Origin: Candidatus Omnitrophota bacterium
Lineage (GTDB): Bacteria; Ratteibacteria; UBA8468; B48-G9; DTJG01
Direction: 5' to 3'
Length of the DNA stretch: 64,000 bases
Assembly (NCBI GenBank): GCA_023484085.1
Contig: JAMDAS010000001.1
Location: forward strand, 1 to 64,000
Shown: piece by piece, positions 51,499-59,809 of the stretch
How positions within the stretch are numbered: position 1 is the stretch's first letter
How the letters are laid out: every line of letters begins with the position of its first letter
Program-made: the position numbers and the translations under genes
Notes under the pieces: generated by a model
Databases searched by the model: none
Seen by the model: the letters and a program-made list of their open reading frames with translations, nothing else
Told to the model about the DNA's origin: nothing

Positions 51499-52356
51499 CT
51501 ATTTTATATAGCTGAAACTTAAAATAAATAAAGTGATCAGATAAACAGCAACAGACATGTTTATCACCGGAAGAAAATAATTTTTATTTTCATAATTTTT
51601 ATTCAGGGGGAATAAATTTTTCCAGAGCCATGGAATTATTGAAAACAGGATAACGGCAAACAACGGTATTTTTTTTAATACCAGCCCCAATCCAAGAAAT
51701 AAAAAAATAGAAATAAAACATATATTTATAATTCCGGTTATTTTTTGTTTCCCCATTTTTACCACTAAATTTCTTTTTCCTATCAGCTTATCCTGGTAGT
51801 AATCCGGAATCTCATTGAGAAGAGCCAAACAAAAAACAAATAGTCCGCAAATCAATGATGGCAATAATGGCTCTATGTTAATAGACTTTGTCTGGATATA
51901 ATAACTGCCATATACCATAAAAGGGCCATAAGATAATGCGATTACTGTCTCACCTAATCCCCGATATGCCCACCGTATAGGTGGACCCACATAAAAATAA
52001 GCCCCTAAAAATCCAAATAAAATAAAAAGAATAACAGGCCAGCCAACCTGAAAAGACAGGTAAATGCCGATAAAAGAGGCAAGCATAAAAACAAAAACAC
52101 CAAGCCGAAAAAAATAACGCGGAATCTCTTTCTTTTCAAGAGAAAATACACGGTCTCCTCCGGATTGAGAATCAAAATATTCATTAAACAACTCTACACC
52201 AACAAGCGTAAAAAAAATGCCCAGCAGGCCCAGCCAGAAGTAATTTTTAATTATCAGTCCTTTTGTATGGAAAGCTAATGATTGGCCTAAAAGATATGGA
52301 AGTAATCCCGCCCACAGGAAAAAACGGTATCTTATTAATGAAACAATTCTACCCAT
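51499..52356 (-). CDS. UbiA-superfamily membrane prenyltransferase, MenA-like Asp-rich motifs
   Basis: 285 aa, ~8 TM helices; first motif NEYFDSQSGGD (N[DE]YxDxxxGxD as in MenA), second motif NEIPDYYQD. 22-nt overlap with upstream radical SAM gene. Confidence 0.7.
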   Translation of the reverse strand: MGRIVSLIRYRFFLWAGLLPYLLGQSLAFHTKGLIIKNYFWLGLLGIFFTLVGVELFNEYFDSQSGGDRVFSLEKKEIPRYFFRLGVFVFMLASFIGIYLSFQVGWPVILFILFGFLGAYFYVGPPIRWAYRGLGETVIALSYGPFMVYGSYYIQTKSINIEPLLPSLICGLFVFCLALLNEIPDYYQDKLIGKRNLVVKMGKQKITGIINICFISIFLFLGLGLVLKKIPLFAVILFSIIPWLWKNLFPLNKNYENKNYFLPVINMSVAVYLITLFILSFSYIK

Positions 52357-53291
52357 TTATTTGATTCTGCCAAAAGTTTCGGCTCTTTGATAAGTCTGTC
52401 TATAAATTCCTGGACCTGGGGTTTCTGCCAGCTTATTTTGTAATTTTCCCACACCTGCTTTAATGTCTGTTTTTTCAAATTTCCGCAAACAAATGGCAGT
52501 GGTCCGATTAGTTTTACTTTTCCATTTGGTATTACAAGAAGACTGGCAGCAGGAGACATACGACGATATTTCAGTTCCTCTAAAACATCATAGGGATAGA
52601 AATAAACCTTCATTTTCCCATCATATTGTTTAAGTTTTTCATTTAAAGTGGTAAAAAACTCTTTATACTCTTCATCTGACGGGCAAAGTATGTCCCAATT
52701 TTGGGCTGCACGGCCAATCCTCATTATTTTCCCCGTATATATTCCATATACGCCAAGTGAATAGGCAAAATCTATTATCTGACCTATTTCATGGATGTTA
52801 AATTTAGTCGGTACAAACACAATCTCAGTATTGACACCTTTGGACTTCAATAATTTACAGGCATTCGTTGCCTTATTCCAGTTTCCACCCAATCTTAACT
52901 TCTCATGGGCAACCGACGTAGCACCGTCTAAACTTATCTGGACAGAACGAAGATTAAGCGAAGCAAATCGTTCTGCTTTTTTCTCATCAATATACTCACC
53001 ATTAGTTTCTATTTTAAGGTCTATTGAATTTTTTCTTAAGAATTCACACATTTCAAAAATATAAGGATGAAGTAATGGTTCGCCACCGGAAAAAGCTACG
53101 TATGGAATCTTTAGAGCAACAATCTGCTCTAAAACTTTAAAAGTTTCATCCCTTGATAACTTATCAGGCATACTATGTCCTGCCTCTTCACAGCAGTGCA
53201 GGCATCCAAGATTACATTCTGCATTTATCTGCCATGCAATAAATAATGGTGCCTCCAAATCATTAATATTTATTATATTGTTTTTATCCAT
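52335..53291 (-). CDS. Radical SAM enzyme (PqqE/AhbD/NirJ-like core) with Cys-poor SPASM-like C-terminal tail
   Basis: IAWQINAECNLGCLHC (CxxxCxxC); GGEPLL; C-terminal VIPNGKVKLIGPLPFVCGNLKKQTLKQVWEN matches SPASM terminal motif (…PCxx…GNxxxxSLxEIW) but only 2 downstream Cys. Confidence 0.75.
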   Translation of the reverse strand: MDKNNIININDLEAPLFIAWQINAECNLGCLHCCEEAGHSMPDKLSRDETFKVLEQIVALKIPYVAFSGGEPLLHPYIFEMCEFLRKNSIDLKIETNGEYIDEKKAERFASLNLRSVQISLDGATSVAHEKLRLGGNWNKATNACKLLKSKGVNTEIVFVPTKFNIHEIGQIIDFAYSLGVYGIYTGKIMRIGRAAQNWDILCPSDEEYKEFFTTLNEKLKQYDGKMKVYFYPYDVLEELKYRRMSPAASLLVIPNGKVKLIGPLPFVCGNLKKQTLKQVWENYKISWQKPQVQEFIDRLIKEPKLLAESNKWVELFH

Positions 53292-53330
53292 TGTTTTCCT
53301 TGTTTTTTTATTATTTCTTATGTGATTATC

Positions 53331-53582
53331 TCAGACTTCTATCAGAGAATTGTTTTTAAGGCTATCAATAAATGACAGGATGTCATTCTGTATCTCTGCA
53401 GGTTCTTTATTATATAAATCACTTAAAGACCGGACAATATTTTCAGAAGAATAACCCTGTTGAAGTAAATCCACAATGTCTTTACCTGTTTCATTGGTTA
53501 CAAATACTTTTTCTTTTAATGTATCAAAAATCACCTCACCGAATTTTTCATCTCTGGTTTTTACAAATTTTTTTAGTTTCAT
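53331..53582 (-). CDS. PqqD-family protein (RiPP recognition element)
   Basis: 83 aa; VTNETGKDIVDLLQQGYSSENIVRSLSDLYNKEPAEIQNDILSFIDSLKNNSLIE fits PqqD/RRE winged-helix pattern. Confidence 0.7.
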   Translation of the reverse strand: MKLKKFVKTRDEKFGEVIFDTLKEKVFVTNETGKDIVDLLQQGYSSENIVRSLSDLYNKEPAEIQNDILSFIDSLKNNSLIEV

Positions 53583-53604
53583 AATTTATCCATTAAGTTT
53601 ATAT

Positions 53605-53666
53605 TACAGACACTAAGGCACAAAGGAAAAATTGAAATATCTTTAAACTCTGAGCCTTTGTGCCTT
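53605..53666 (-). other. 12-bp-stem hairpin (aaggcacaaagg / cctttgtgcctt) between precursor peptide gene and pqqD-like gene
   Basis: Perfect 12-bp inverted repeat with 38-nt loop; no U tract after it; related hairpin module also occurs in repeat R5. Confidence 0.4.
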
Positions 53667-53694
53667 CAGTTCGTTAGGACCGGGTATTTACCTC

Positions 53695-53820
53695 TTATGT
53701 AAATCTGATATATGGCTGCGCCATTATTTTTTCTGAAACATCTTCTAATTCAGGCTTTTTCCATTCATGCTTTTGATTTTCCTGCTTTTGCATATTTTTC
53801 TTTTCAACAAATTTTTTCAT
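53695..53820 (-). CDS. Candidate precursor peptide (41 aa), PqqA-like core
   Basis: Not in ORF track (short). Perfect SD AGGAGG 5 nt upstream of ATG. Translation MKKFVEKKNMQKQENQKHEWKKPELEDVSEKIMAQPYIRFT. WKKP motif and W-to-Y spacing of 17 residues, same as PqqA (WKKPAF…EVTLY). First gene of the PqqD/rSAM/prenyltransferase operon. Confidence 0.55.
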   Translation of the reverse strand: MKKFVEKKNMQKQENQKHEWKKPELEDVSEKIMAQPYIRFT

Positions 53821-53933
53821 TTAATCCTCCTGTTATATTCAAAAAAATAAAAATTTATAAAGTTGATAAATCTACTAATATATATTTTATAACCATTTTT
53901 ATTTTTGTCAAAATTATTTCAGCCAGCCGGTTA

Positions 53934-54938
53934 CTACTTACATTTTGGTAAATTATTACGATTAAATCCAAGATTTGCAACCCATACATTCCCAGCAGAA
54001 TCTATTGCTATACCAACAGGGTTACTTACCACATCGTATGTTCCAATAGTTTTTCCACCGGGGCCAAGCTTTGTTACACCTTTACTCCCATAATTTGCAA
54101 CCCATACATTCCCGGTAGAATCTATCGCTATACCCCCGGGAAAACTTCCCACAGGATAAATCCCAATAGTTTTTCCACTAAAACTTAGTTTTGTTACATT
54201 ATCACTCCCCTCATTTGTAACCCATACATTTCCATGAGGGTTTATCGCTATACCAATTGGACCGCTTCCCACATGATAAATCCCGATAGTTTTTCCACTA
54301 AAACTTAGTTTTGTTACATTATTACTTCCCTCATTTACAACCCATACATTTCCATGAGGGTCTACTGCTATACCAATTGGACCGCTTCCCACAGGGTATG
54401 TCCCGATAGTTTTTCCACTAAAACTTAGTTTTGTTACATTATTACTGCGCCAATTGGCAACCCATACATTTCCATGATGGTCTATCGCTATACCATCAGG
54501 TCCTTTTCCCACAGGATATGTTCCTATAGTTTTTCCACTGGAATTTAGTTTGGTTACATTATTACTTACAGGATTTGCAATCCACACATTTCCAGCAGAA
54601 TCTATCGCTATACCCCAAGGTCCTTTTCCCACAGGATATGTTCCAATAGACTTTCCAGTTGAACTAAGCTTTGTTACATTATTACTTCCAAGGTTTGTAA
54701 TCCATACATTTCCAGTAGAATCTATTGCTATACCAATAGGTCCTTTTCCCACAGGATATGTTCCAATAGACTTTCCAGTTGAACTAAGCTTTGTTATACT
54801 GTTATTTCCAGCATTTGCAACCTGTACTTTTCCAGTAGAAGCCCAAACAATGGAATTAATAAAAAATAAATACAGAATTGCTCCATAGAAGACCAAAAAT
54901 TTTAATAATCTTTTACTCATAAGTTCCTCTTTTTTCAT
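53934..54938 (-). CDS. Secreted NHL/YVTN-type beta-propeller repeat protein
   Basis: Signal/anchor N-terminus, then eight ~40-aa tandem repeats (…NNVTKLSxSGKTIGTYPVGxGPxGIAIDxxGNVWVxN…); underlying DNA is a ~120-bp tandem array. Confidence 0.65.
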   Translation of the reverse strand: MKKEELMSKRLLKFLVFYGAILYLFFINSIVWASTGKVQVANAGNNSITKLSSTGKSIGTYPVGKGPIGIAIDSTGNVWITNLGSNNVTKLSSTGKSIGTYPVGKGPWGIAIDSAGNVWIANPVSNNVTKLNSSGKTIGTYPVGKGPDGIAIDHHGNVWVANWRSNNVTKLSFSGKTIGTYPVGSGPIGIAVDPHGNVWVVNEGSNNVTKLSFSGKTIGIYHVGSGPIGIAINPHGNVWVTNEGSDNVTKLSFSGKTIGIYPVGSFPGGIAIDSTGNVWVANYGSKGVTKLGPGGKTIGTYDVVSNPVGIAIDSAGNVWVANLGFNRNNLPKCK

Positions 54939-54956
54939 AATGAAACCATTTTGTTT

Positions 54957-56246
54957 CTATCTAAAAAATATTTTTTCACCTTCTGGAGAAATGCTTTCCC
55001 TGAACCCATCAGATGTTTCAATAAACTCTTTTATTTTCCCATAATTAAACCAGCTTTTCCCCAGGGAATCTTTATAGTCCTGTAAGTTCACTTTGGCTCT
55101 GATTAAGGCAAGGTAAACACCTGCGTCTTCAACTTCTCCGAGAAGCACCGCTCCTATCAGTCTATTGTATTTTAGAATAAATCTTTTGTAAATAGATTTT
55201 TCCTCTTCATTGAATTCTATAATCTCCACATCCTCTTTTTTTTTAACTTCTCCTAAAGAAATAACAGGTAAACCAAAAAATTCCGCTGAGTTACCCGCAA
55301 TTGACCCTGGATATAATTTCATTTCACCTGCCATATTCATACCAGCAACATACCCCTGTTCCTGGGCATTCATCCATAAAGGGTTAATATAATATTCCCC
55401 TGTAATTAAATCCTTTGTTTCAGCAACATCTCCTGCAGCATAAATGCCATCAATATTTGTTTTCAGATATTCATCAGCAACTACACCCCAATGTAAATTT
55501 AATCCGGTATTATTCAAAGAGGAAATATTTGCCCTGACACCTTTTCCTATAATTCCAAGTTGCGCTTTTTTTTCTTCACCATTATCAAATTTTACACCCG
55601 TCATTTCTTTGTTCCCGTAAACCTCAACAGGCGCAAGTCCTGTTGTAATTTTAATCCCGTTCTTTTGTATACAGTCTGAAATAATATCAGCTGCGGATTT
55701 ATTTAAAAATCTGGAAAAAAGCCGGGAGGATTTTACTATCAGTTCAACATCCACTCCTATTTTTTTTAATCCATAGGCTGCTTTAATCCCAATTAAACCT
55801 CCACCAAAAACAAATGCTTTTTCACATTTTTCAATCGTTTTTTTTATATTGTCCACATCCTGAATATTTCTAAATTCAAAAACACCTTGTTTCTCTTCAC
55901 CCGAACATTCAAGTTTTTGAGGAAGAGAACCAGTTGCAATAAGTAATTTGTCAAAAAAAATCTCTTTCCCGTCAGATAAAACAACCTTTTTATTTTTTGT
56001 ATCTAAATTTCCTGCTTTTTTCCCGAGAATCAGATTCACCCCCATCTCTTCATAATAAGATTTATTCCTCAGAAGTAAATCTTCTTCTGTATGGGTTCCA
56101 ATAAGATAATTAGTAATTAAACATCTGGCATATGGGGGATATTTTTCTTCACTTATAAGGGTAATATCCCCTTCTTTATCTACTTTTCTTATACCTTCTA
56201 TTCCATTTAAACCTGCAGCACAACCGCCTATTATCAAGTAGTGCAT
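54957..56246 (-). CDS. FAD-dependent pyridine nucleotide-disulfide oxidoreductase (NADH oxidase/CoA-disulfide reductase-like)
   Basis: IIGGCAAGLNG FAD site, second Rossmann GGGLIGIKAAYGL, C-terminal dimerisation domain; candidate redox Cys in YARCLITNY. Confidence 0.6.
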   Translation of the reverse strand: MHYLIIGGCAAGLNGIEGIRKVDKEGDITLISEEKYPPYARCLITNYLIGTHTEEDLLLRNKSYYEEMGVNLILGKKAGNLDTKNKKVVLSDGKEIFFDKLLIATGSLPQKLECSGEEKQGVFEFRNIQDVDNIKKTIEKCEKAFVFGGGLIGIKAAYGLKKIGVDVELIVKSSRLFSRFLNKSAADIISDCIQKNGIKITTGLAPVEVYGNKEMTGVKFDNGEEKKAQLGIIGKGVRANISSLNNTGLNLHWGVVADEYLKTNIDGIYAAGDVAETKDLITGEYYINPLWMNAQEQGYVAGMNMAGEMKLYPGSIAGNSAEFFGLPVISLGEVKKKEDVEIIEFNEEEKSIYKRFILKYNRLIGAVLLGEVEDAGVYLALIRAKVNLQDYKDSLGKSWFNYGKIKEFIETSDGFRESISPEGEKIFFR

Positions 56247-56758
56247 TTCTCTTTTCTTCCCTTAAGTAATTTTTTGAATTCCTGTTGGTTGCCAAAAAAT
56301 AATGTTCTTGTAGGACAGCTTACAACACAAGGCGGTATTTTTTCATCAGGGCACAGGTCACATCTTACGGCAGGCATGGAGACGTCCTCACCGAGATGCA
56401 TAACACCATAAGGACAGCTCATAACACAGGAATAACAATGTGTGCATTTATCTTCATCAAAAATCATATTGCCATCTTCTATTTTTATTGCACCTGCAAT
56501 ACAGGCAAAATAACAGTATGGTTCAGGACATTGTCTGCACTGTAAAGGCAACGCATAGGTTTTATATTTTGTTATCTTAATCCTTGAAATCCCCTCTATG
56601 TCACCATTTCTTTTTCCTATGTCAGTGCCATTTGAACCGGAGTGTTTTTTTATACAGGCCATTTCACAGGCTTTACACCCCATACACCGTTGAATGTCAA
56701 TAAATATTCTTTTCCCGTTTCCTGATAATTTTTCTACTTTTTTATTTCCGGGCTGCAT
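56234..56758 (-). CDS. Poly-ferredoxin (multiple 4Fe-4S clusters)
   Basis: CMGCKACEMAC, CRQCPEPYCYFAC, CTHCYSCVMSCP, CDLCPDEKIPPCVVSCP. Confidence 0.7.
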   Translation of the reverse strand: MQPGNKKVEKLSGNGKRIFIDIQRCMGCKACEMACIKKHSGSNGTDIGKRNGDIEGISRIKITKYKTYALPLQCRQCPEPYCYFACIAGAIKIEDGNMIFDEDKCTHCYSCVMSCPYGVMHLGEDVSMPAVRCDLCPDEKIPPCVVSCPTRTLFFGNQQEFKKLLKGRKEKCTT

Positions 56759-56775
56759 CTTTTTATAAATTTGTT

Positions 56776-58821
56776 TTAATGATGTATTATTATAAACAGG
56801 TTGGAAAACACAAGCGTAAGAGTTGCCAATAATTTTATAAGAATATGCAAAGAAGGACCTGCCGTATCCTTAAACGGGTCCCCCACTGTGTCTCCAACAA
56901 CTGCTGCTTTATGCGCATTGGAACTCTTATCTCCAAACTCCACTTTTTCAATATATTTCTTTGCATTATCCCAGGAACCGCCTCCATTGTTCAACGACAG
57001 GGCGAGCATAACACCAGCAATTGTTCCCACCATTAAAGTAGCCCCCACAGATTCTGTTCCAAGGAAAAAACCCACTGCTATAGGAACAATTATCGCTATT
57101 AAGCCGGGAAGAATCATTTCTTTTAAAGCCCCACGGGTACATATATCTACAGTTTCTGCATAGTCTGGTTTTTCTGTTCCTTTCATAATTCCAGGATTTT
57201 CCCTGAACTGTTTTTTTGCATCATTAATGATATAATAGGCTGCACGGCCCACTGCCCTGATAGCAAGTGAAGCAAATACAAAAACAAGGCCGGCACCTAA
57301 AAAACCGCCTACAAAAACTATTGGTTTGCCAAGATTAATGACTTTTAAATGAGCTGATTCCATATATGCTGAAAAAAGTAAAAATGCAGCAAGAGCAGCT
57401 GAACCAACTGCATATCCTTTGGTTAAAGCCTTTGTGGTATTCCCAACTGCATCAAACCGGTCTATTTTTTTTCTTATTTCTTTTGGAGAATGAGACATCG
57501 CCACAATTCCACCCGCATTATCAGCAATGGGTCCAAACGTATCCATTGCAAGAATAAATGCACATGGTGAAAGCATTCCCATGGTTGCTACTGCCGTACC
57601 ATAAAGTCCGCCATTTTGAAGTCCTGTAGCTTTTCCAAGATAATAAGAAAGAAATAAAGCAATTAATATTACAAATACAGACAGTCCCGTACTTTCCAGT
57701 CCTATGGAAAAACCTGTAATTATATTTGTTCCCACACCTACTTCAGAGCCCCTGACAATGTCTTTTACCGGCCTGTATTTATCTTCTGTATAATACTGGG
57801 TAATATGAACAAAAGCCTGGCTTGTTAATATGCCTATAAGACCTGCAAGAAAAAAATCAAACCAGTAATGTGTAAAAAACAGGTATGTTGCTATAGCAAA
57901 ACCAATTGTAGAAAGAATTGTTGTACAAAGATATCCTCTGTTAAGTCCATGCATCGGGTCTTCATCTTCATCAATCCTTACAGACATAATTCCTGCAATT
58001 GAAGCAAGAAGACCAAAAGAACAGGTTACCAGGGGAAAAAGTATACTATTCAAACCAAAAACCTGGTACAGCGGAATACCAAGAATCATAGCACCTATAT
58101 TTTCTGCAACTGTTGACTCAAAAAGGTCTGCACCACGGCCTGCACAGTCACCCACATTATCTCCCACAAGGTCAGCAATTACTGCCGGGTTCCGGGGGTC
58201 ATCTTCAGGAATACCCGCTTCAATCTTGCCTACAAGGTCTGCACCTACGTCAGCTGCCTTTGTATATATTCCTCCCCCCAATTGTGCAAAAAGAGCAACA
58301 AAAGATGCCCCAAATCCAAAACCTACTATCATCAAAGGAGTTATCTGCGGATTTGTAAATCCTCCAAAAAGAGAAAATATACCTGCAATACCAAGAAGAG
58401 AAAGAGAAACAACAAGGATTGCTGATACCGCGCCACCACGTAAACAAATTTTAAGGGCTCTATTTGTACTCCTGGTGATTGCCATAGCAGTTCTATCACC
58501 AGACCTCACAGAGATATACATACCAATAAAACCTGCTACAGAAGAACACAGCGCTCCAAGTATAAAAGCAAGGGCAGTATGCAATCCAAAAGAAAGTTCC
58601 CCGGTAACAGCATATATAAGAAGTATAACAACAGCAAAAATAAACGTTAATTTTGCAATTGTTCCATACTGCCTTTTCAGGAAAGCTATGGCACCTTCTT
58701 TTATTGCCACGGATATTTCCCTCATTTCAGGTGTCCCTTTTGCCTGTCTTGACACATATCCTGCAATAAGGGCTGCTGTCAATAAACCCACAAAACTTAC
58801 GGATATTATCCAGATAAACAT
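56776..58821 (-). CDS. hppA: Membrane-bound proton/sodium-translocating pyrophosphatase
   Basis: 681 aa, ~16 TM; conserved GGG…DNVGDCAGRGADLFES and …AVVGDTVGDPFKDTAGPSL motifs. Confidence 0.9.
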   Translation of the reverse strand: MFIWIISVSFVGLLTAALIAGYVSRQAKGTPEMREISVAIKEGAIAFLKRQYGTIAKLTFIFAVVILLIYAVTGELSFGLHTALAFILGALCSSVAGFIGMYISVRSGDRTAMAITRSTNRALKICLRGGAVSAILVVSLSLLGIAGIFSLFGGFTNPQITPLMIVGFGFGASFVALFAQLGGGIYTKAADVGADLVGKIEAGIPEDDPRNPAVIADLVGDNVGDCAGRGADLFESTVAENIGAMILGIPLYQVFGLNSILFPLVTCSFGLLASIAGIMSVRIDEDEDPMHGLNRGYLCTTILSTIGFAIATYLFFTHYWFDFFLAGLIGILTSQAFVHITQYYTEDKYRPVKDIVRGSEVGVGTNIITGFSIGLESTGLSVFVILIALFLSYYLGKATGLQNGGLYGTAVATMGMLSPCAFILAMDTFGPIADNAGGIVAMSHSPKEIRKKIDRFDAVGNTTKALTKGYAVGSAALAAFLLFSAYMESAHLKVINLGKPIVFVGGFLGAGLVFVFASLAIRAVGRAAYYIINDAKKQFRENPGIMKGTEKPDYAETVDICTRGALKEMILPGLIAIIVPIAVGFFLGTESVGATLMVGTIAGVMLALSLNNGGGSWDNAKKYIEKVEFGDKSSNAHKAAVVGDTVGDPFKDTAGPSLHILIKLLATLTLVFSNLFIIIHH

Positions 58822-58941
58822 TTGTCCTCGTTATACAATATTAGTAAAATGATAATGATTATAATAATACACCATATTTATCACCTGTGTCAATTTTTTG
58901 ATTTATCAATCCGGGAATTTGTTTTTGACTGGAGAACATTT

Positions 58942-59760
58942 TTATTTTTGATGTTTTTTTTCAAAAATTCTGGCGCGGTTTTTATAGAGCCAGCAGAATG
59001 CAGAAAAGGAATACCACCTGAAAGAAAAAAAAGTATTTATAACAGCCTTTAAAACAGCGATAAACGTCAAAAGAAGGTTTTCATAACAGCTGATATAAAA
59101 AACAAGTCTGTTCCTGAATTTGATGTATTCTACATATTTTTTGTTTATTTTCCCTGAGGTCTGTTCTCCTTTGTGAAAAACAATACTTTCAGGTTCAAGC
59201 AGGTTTTTCCAACCTGTTTTTAATGCCTTATAGCCAATATCCCTGTCTTCAAAATAGAACGGGGAATAAATAGGATGAAAACCGCCAAGAGATAAAAATT
59301 TTTCCCTGTCATAGGCAGAATATCCTCCGCTTGCATAAGGAATGTCTACAGGTTTTCCAGGTGATTTTTTGATTTTATTGTCAGAGCCAAGGGATAAGGC
59401 GCTTACGGAAAAAATCCTCCTGTCTGAAAAATGTCTTAACAGTGGCAGAATAAAATTTTCTGTAACCTCCACGTCATTATTAAGAAGAATGAAGATTTTA
59501 TTCTGACTCTGCCGTATCCCGGTATTGCATGCCTCGCCAAATCCGAGGTTTCTGTTTAATTGGATTGTTTTTATTACAGGGAACAGGTTTCTTAAAAATT
59601 CAACGCTTCCATCTGTGCTTCCATTATCAATAACAATAATCTCATCTTGTTGATTATGTCTTTTAATCGCTTTTAGCAATAAAGGAAGGTTTTTTTCAAG
59701 AAGATGCCTGCCATTATAATTTGGTATAATTATAGATACTTTTTCTTCTATTTTTTCCAT
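58942..59760 (-). CDS. Family 2 glycosyltransferase
   Basis: VSIIIPNYNG…, DNGSTDGS, …LNNDVEV GT-A fold motifs. Confidence 0.75.
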   Translation of the reverse strand: MEKIEEKVSIIIPNYNGRHLLEKNLPLLLKAIKRHNQQDEIIVIDNGSTDGSVEFLRNLFPVIKTIQLNRNLGFGEACNTGIRQSQNKIFILLNNDVEVTENFILPLLRHFSDRRIFSVSALSLGSDNKIKKSPGKPVDIPYASGGYSAYDREKFLSLGGFHPIYSPFYFEDRDIGYKALKTGWKNLLEPESIVFHKGEQTSGKINKKYVEYIKFRNRLVFYISCYENLLLTFIAVLKAVINTFFSFRWYSFSAFCWLYKNRARIFEKKHQK

Positions 59761-59809
59761 AGGGATATTTTAATGATATGATAAAAGACATAAAAAATAA
59801 AGAAAAATT

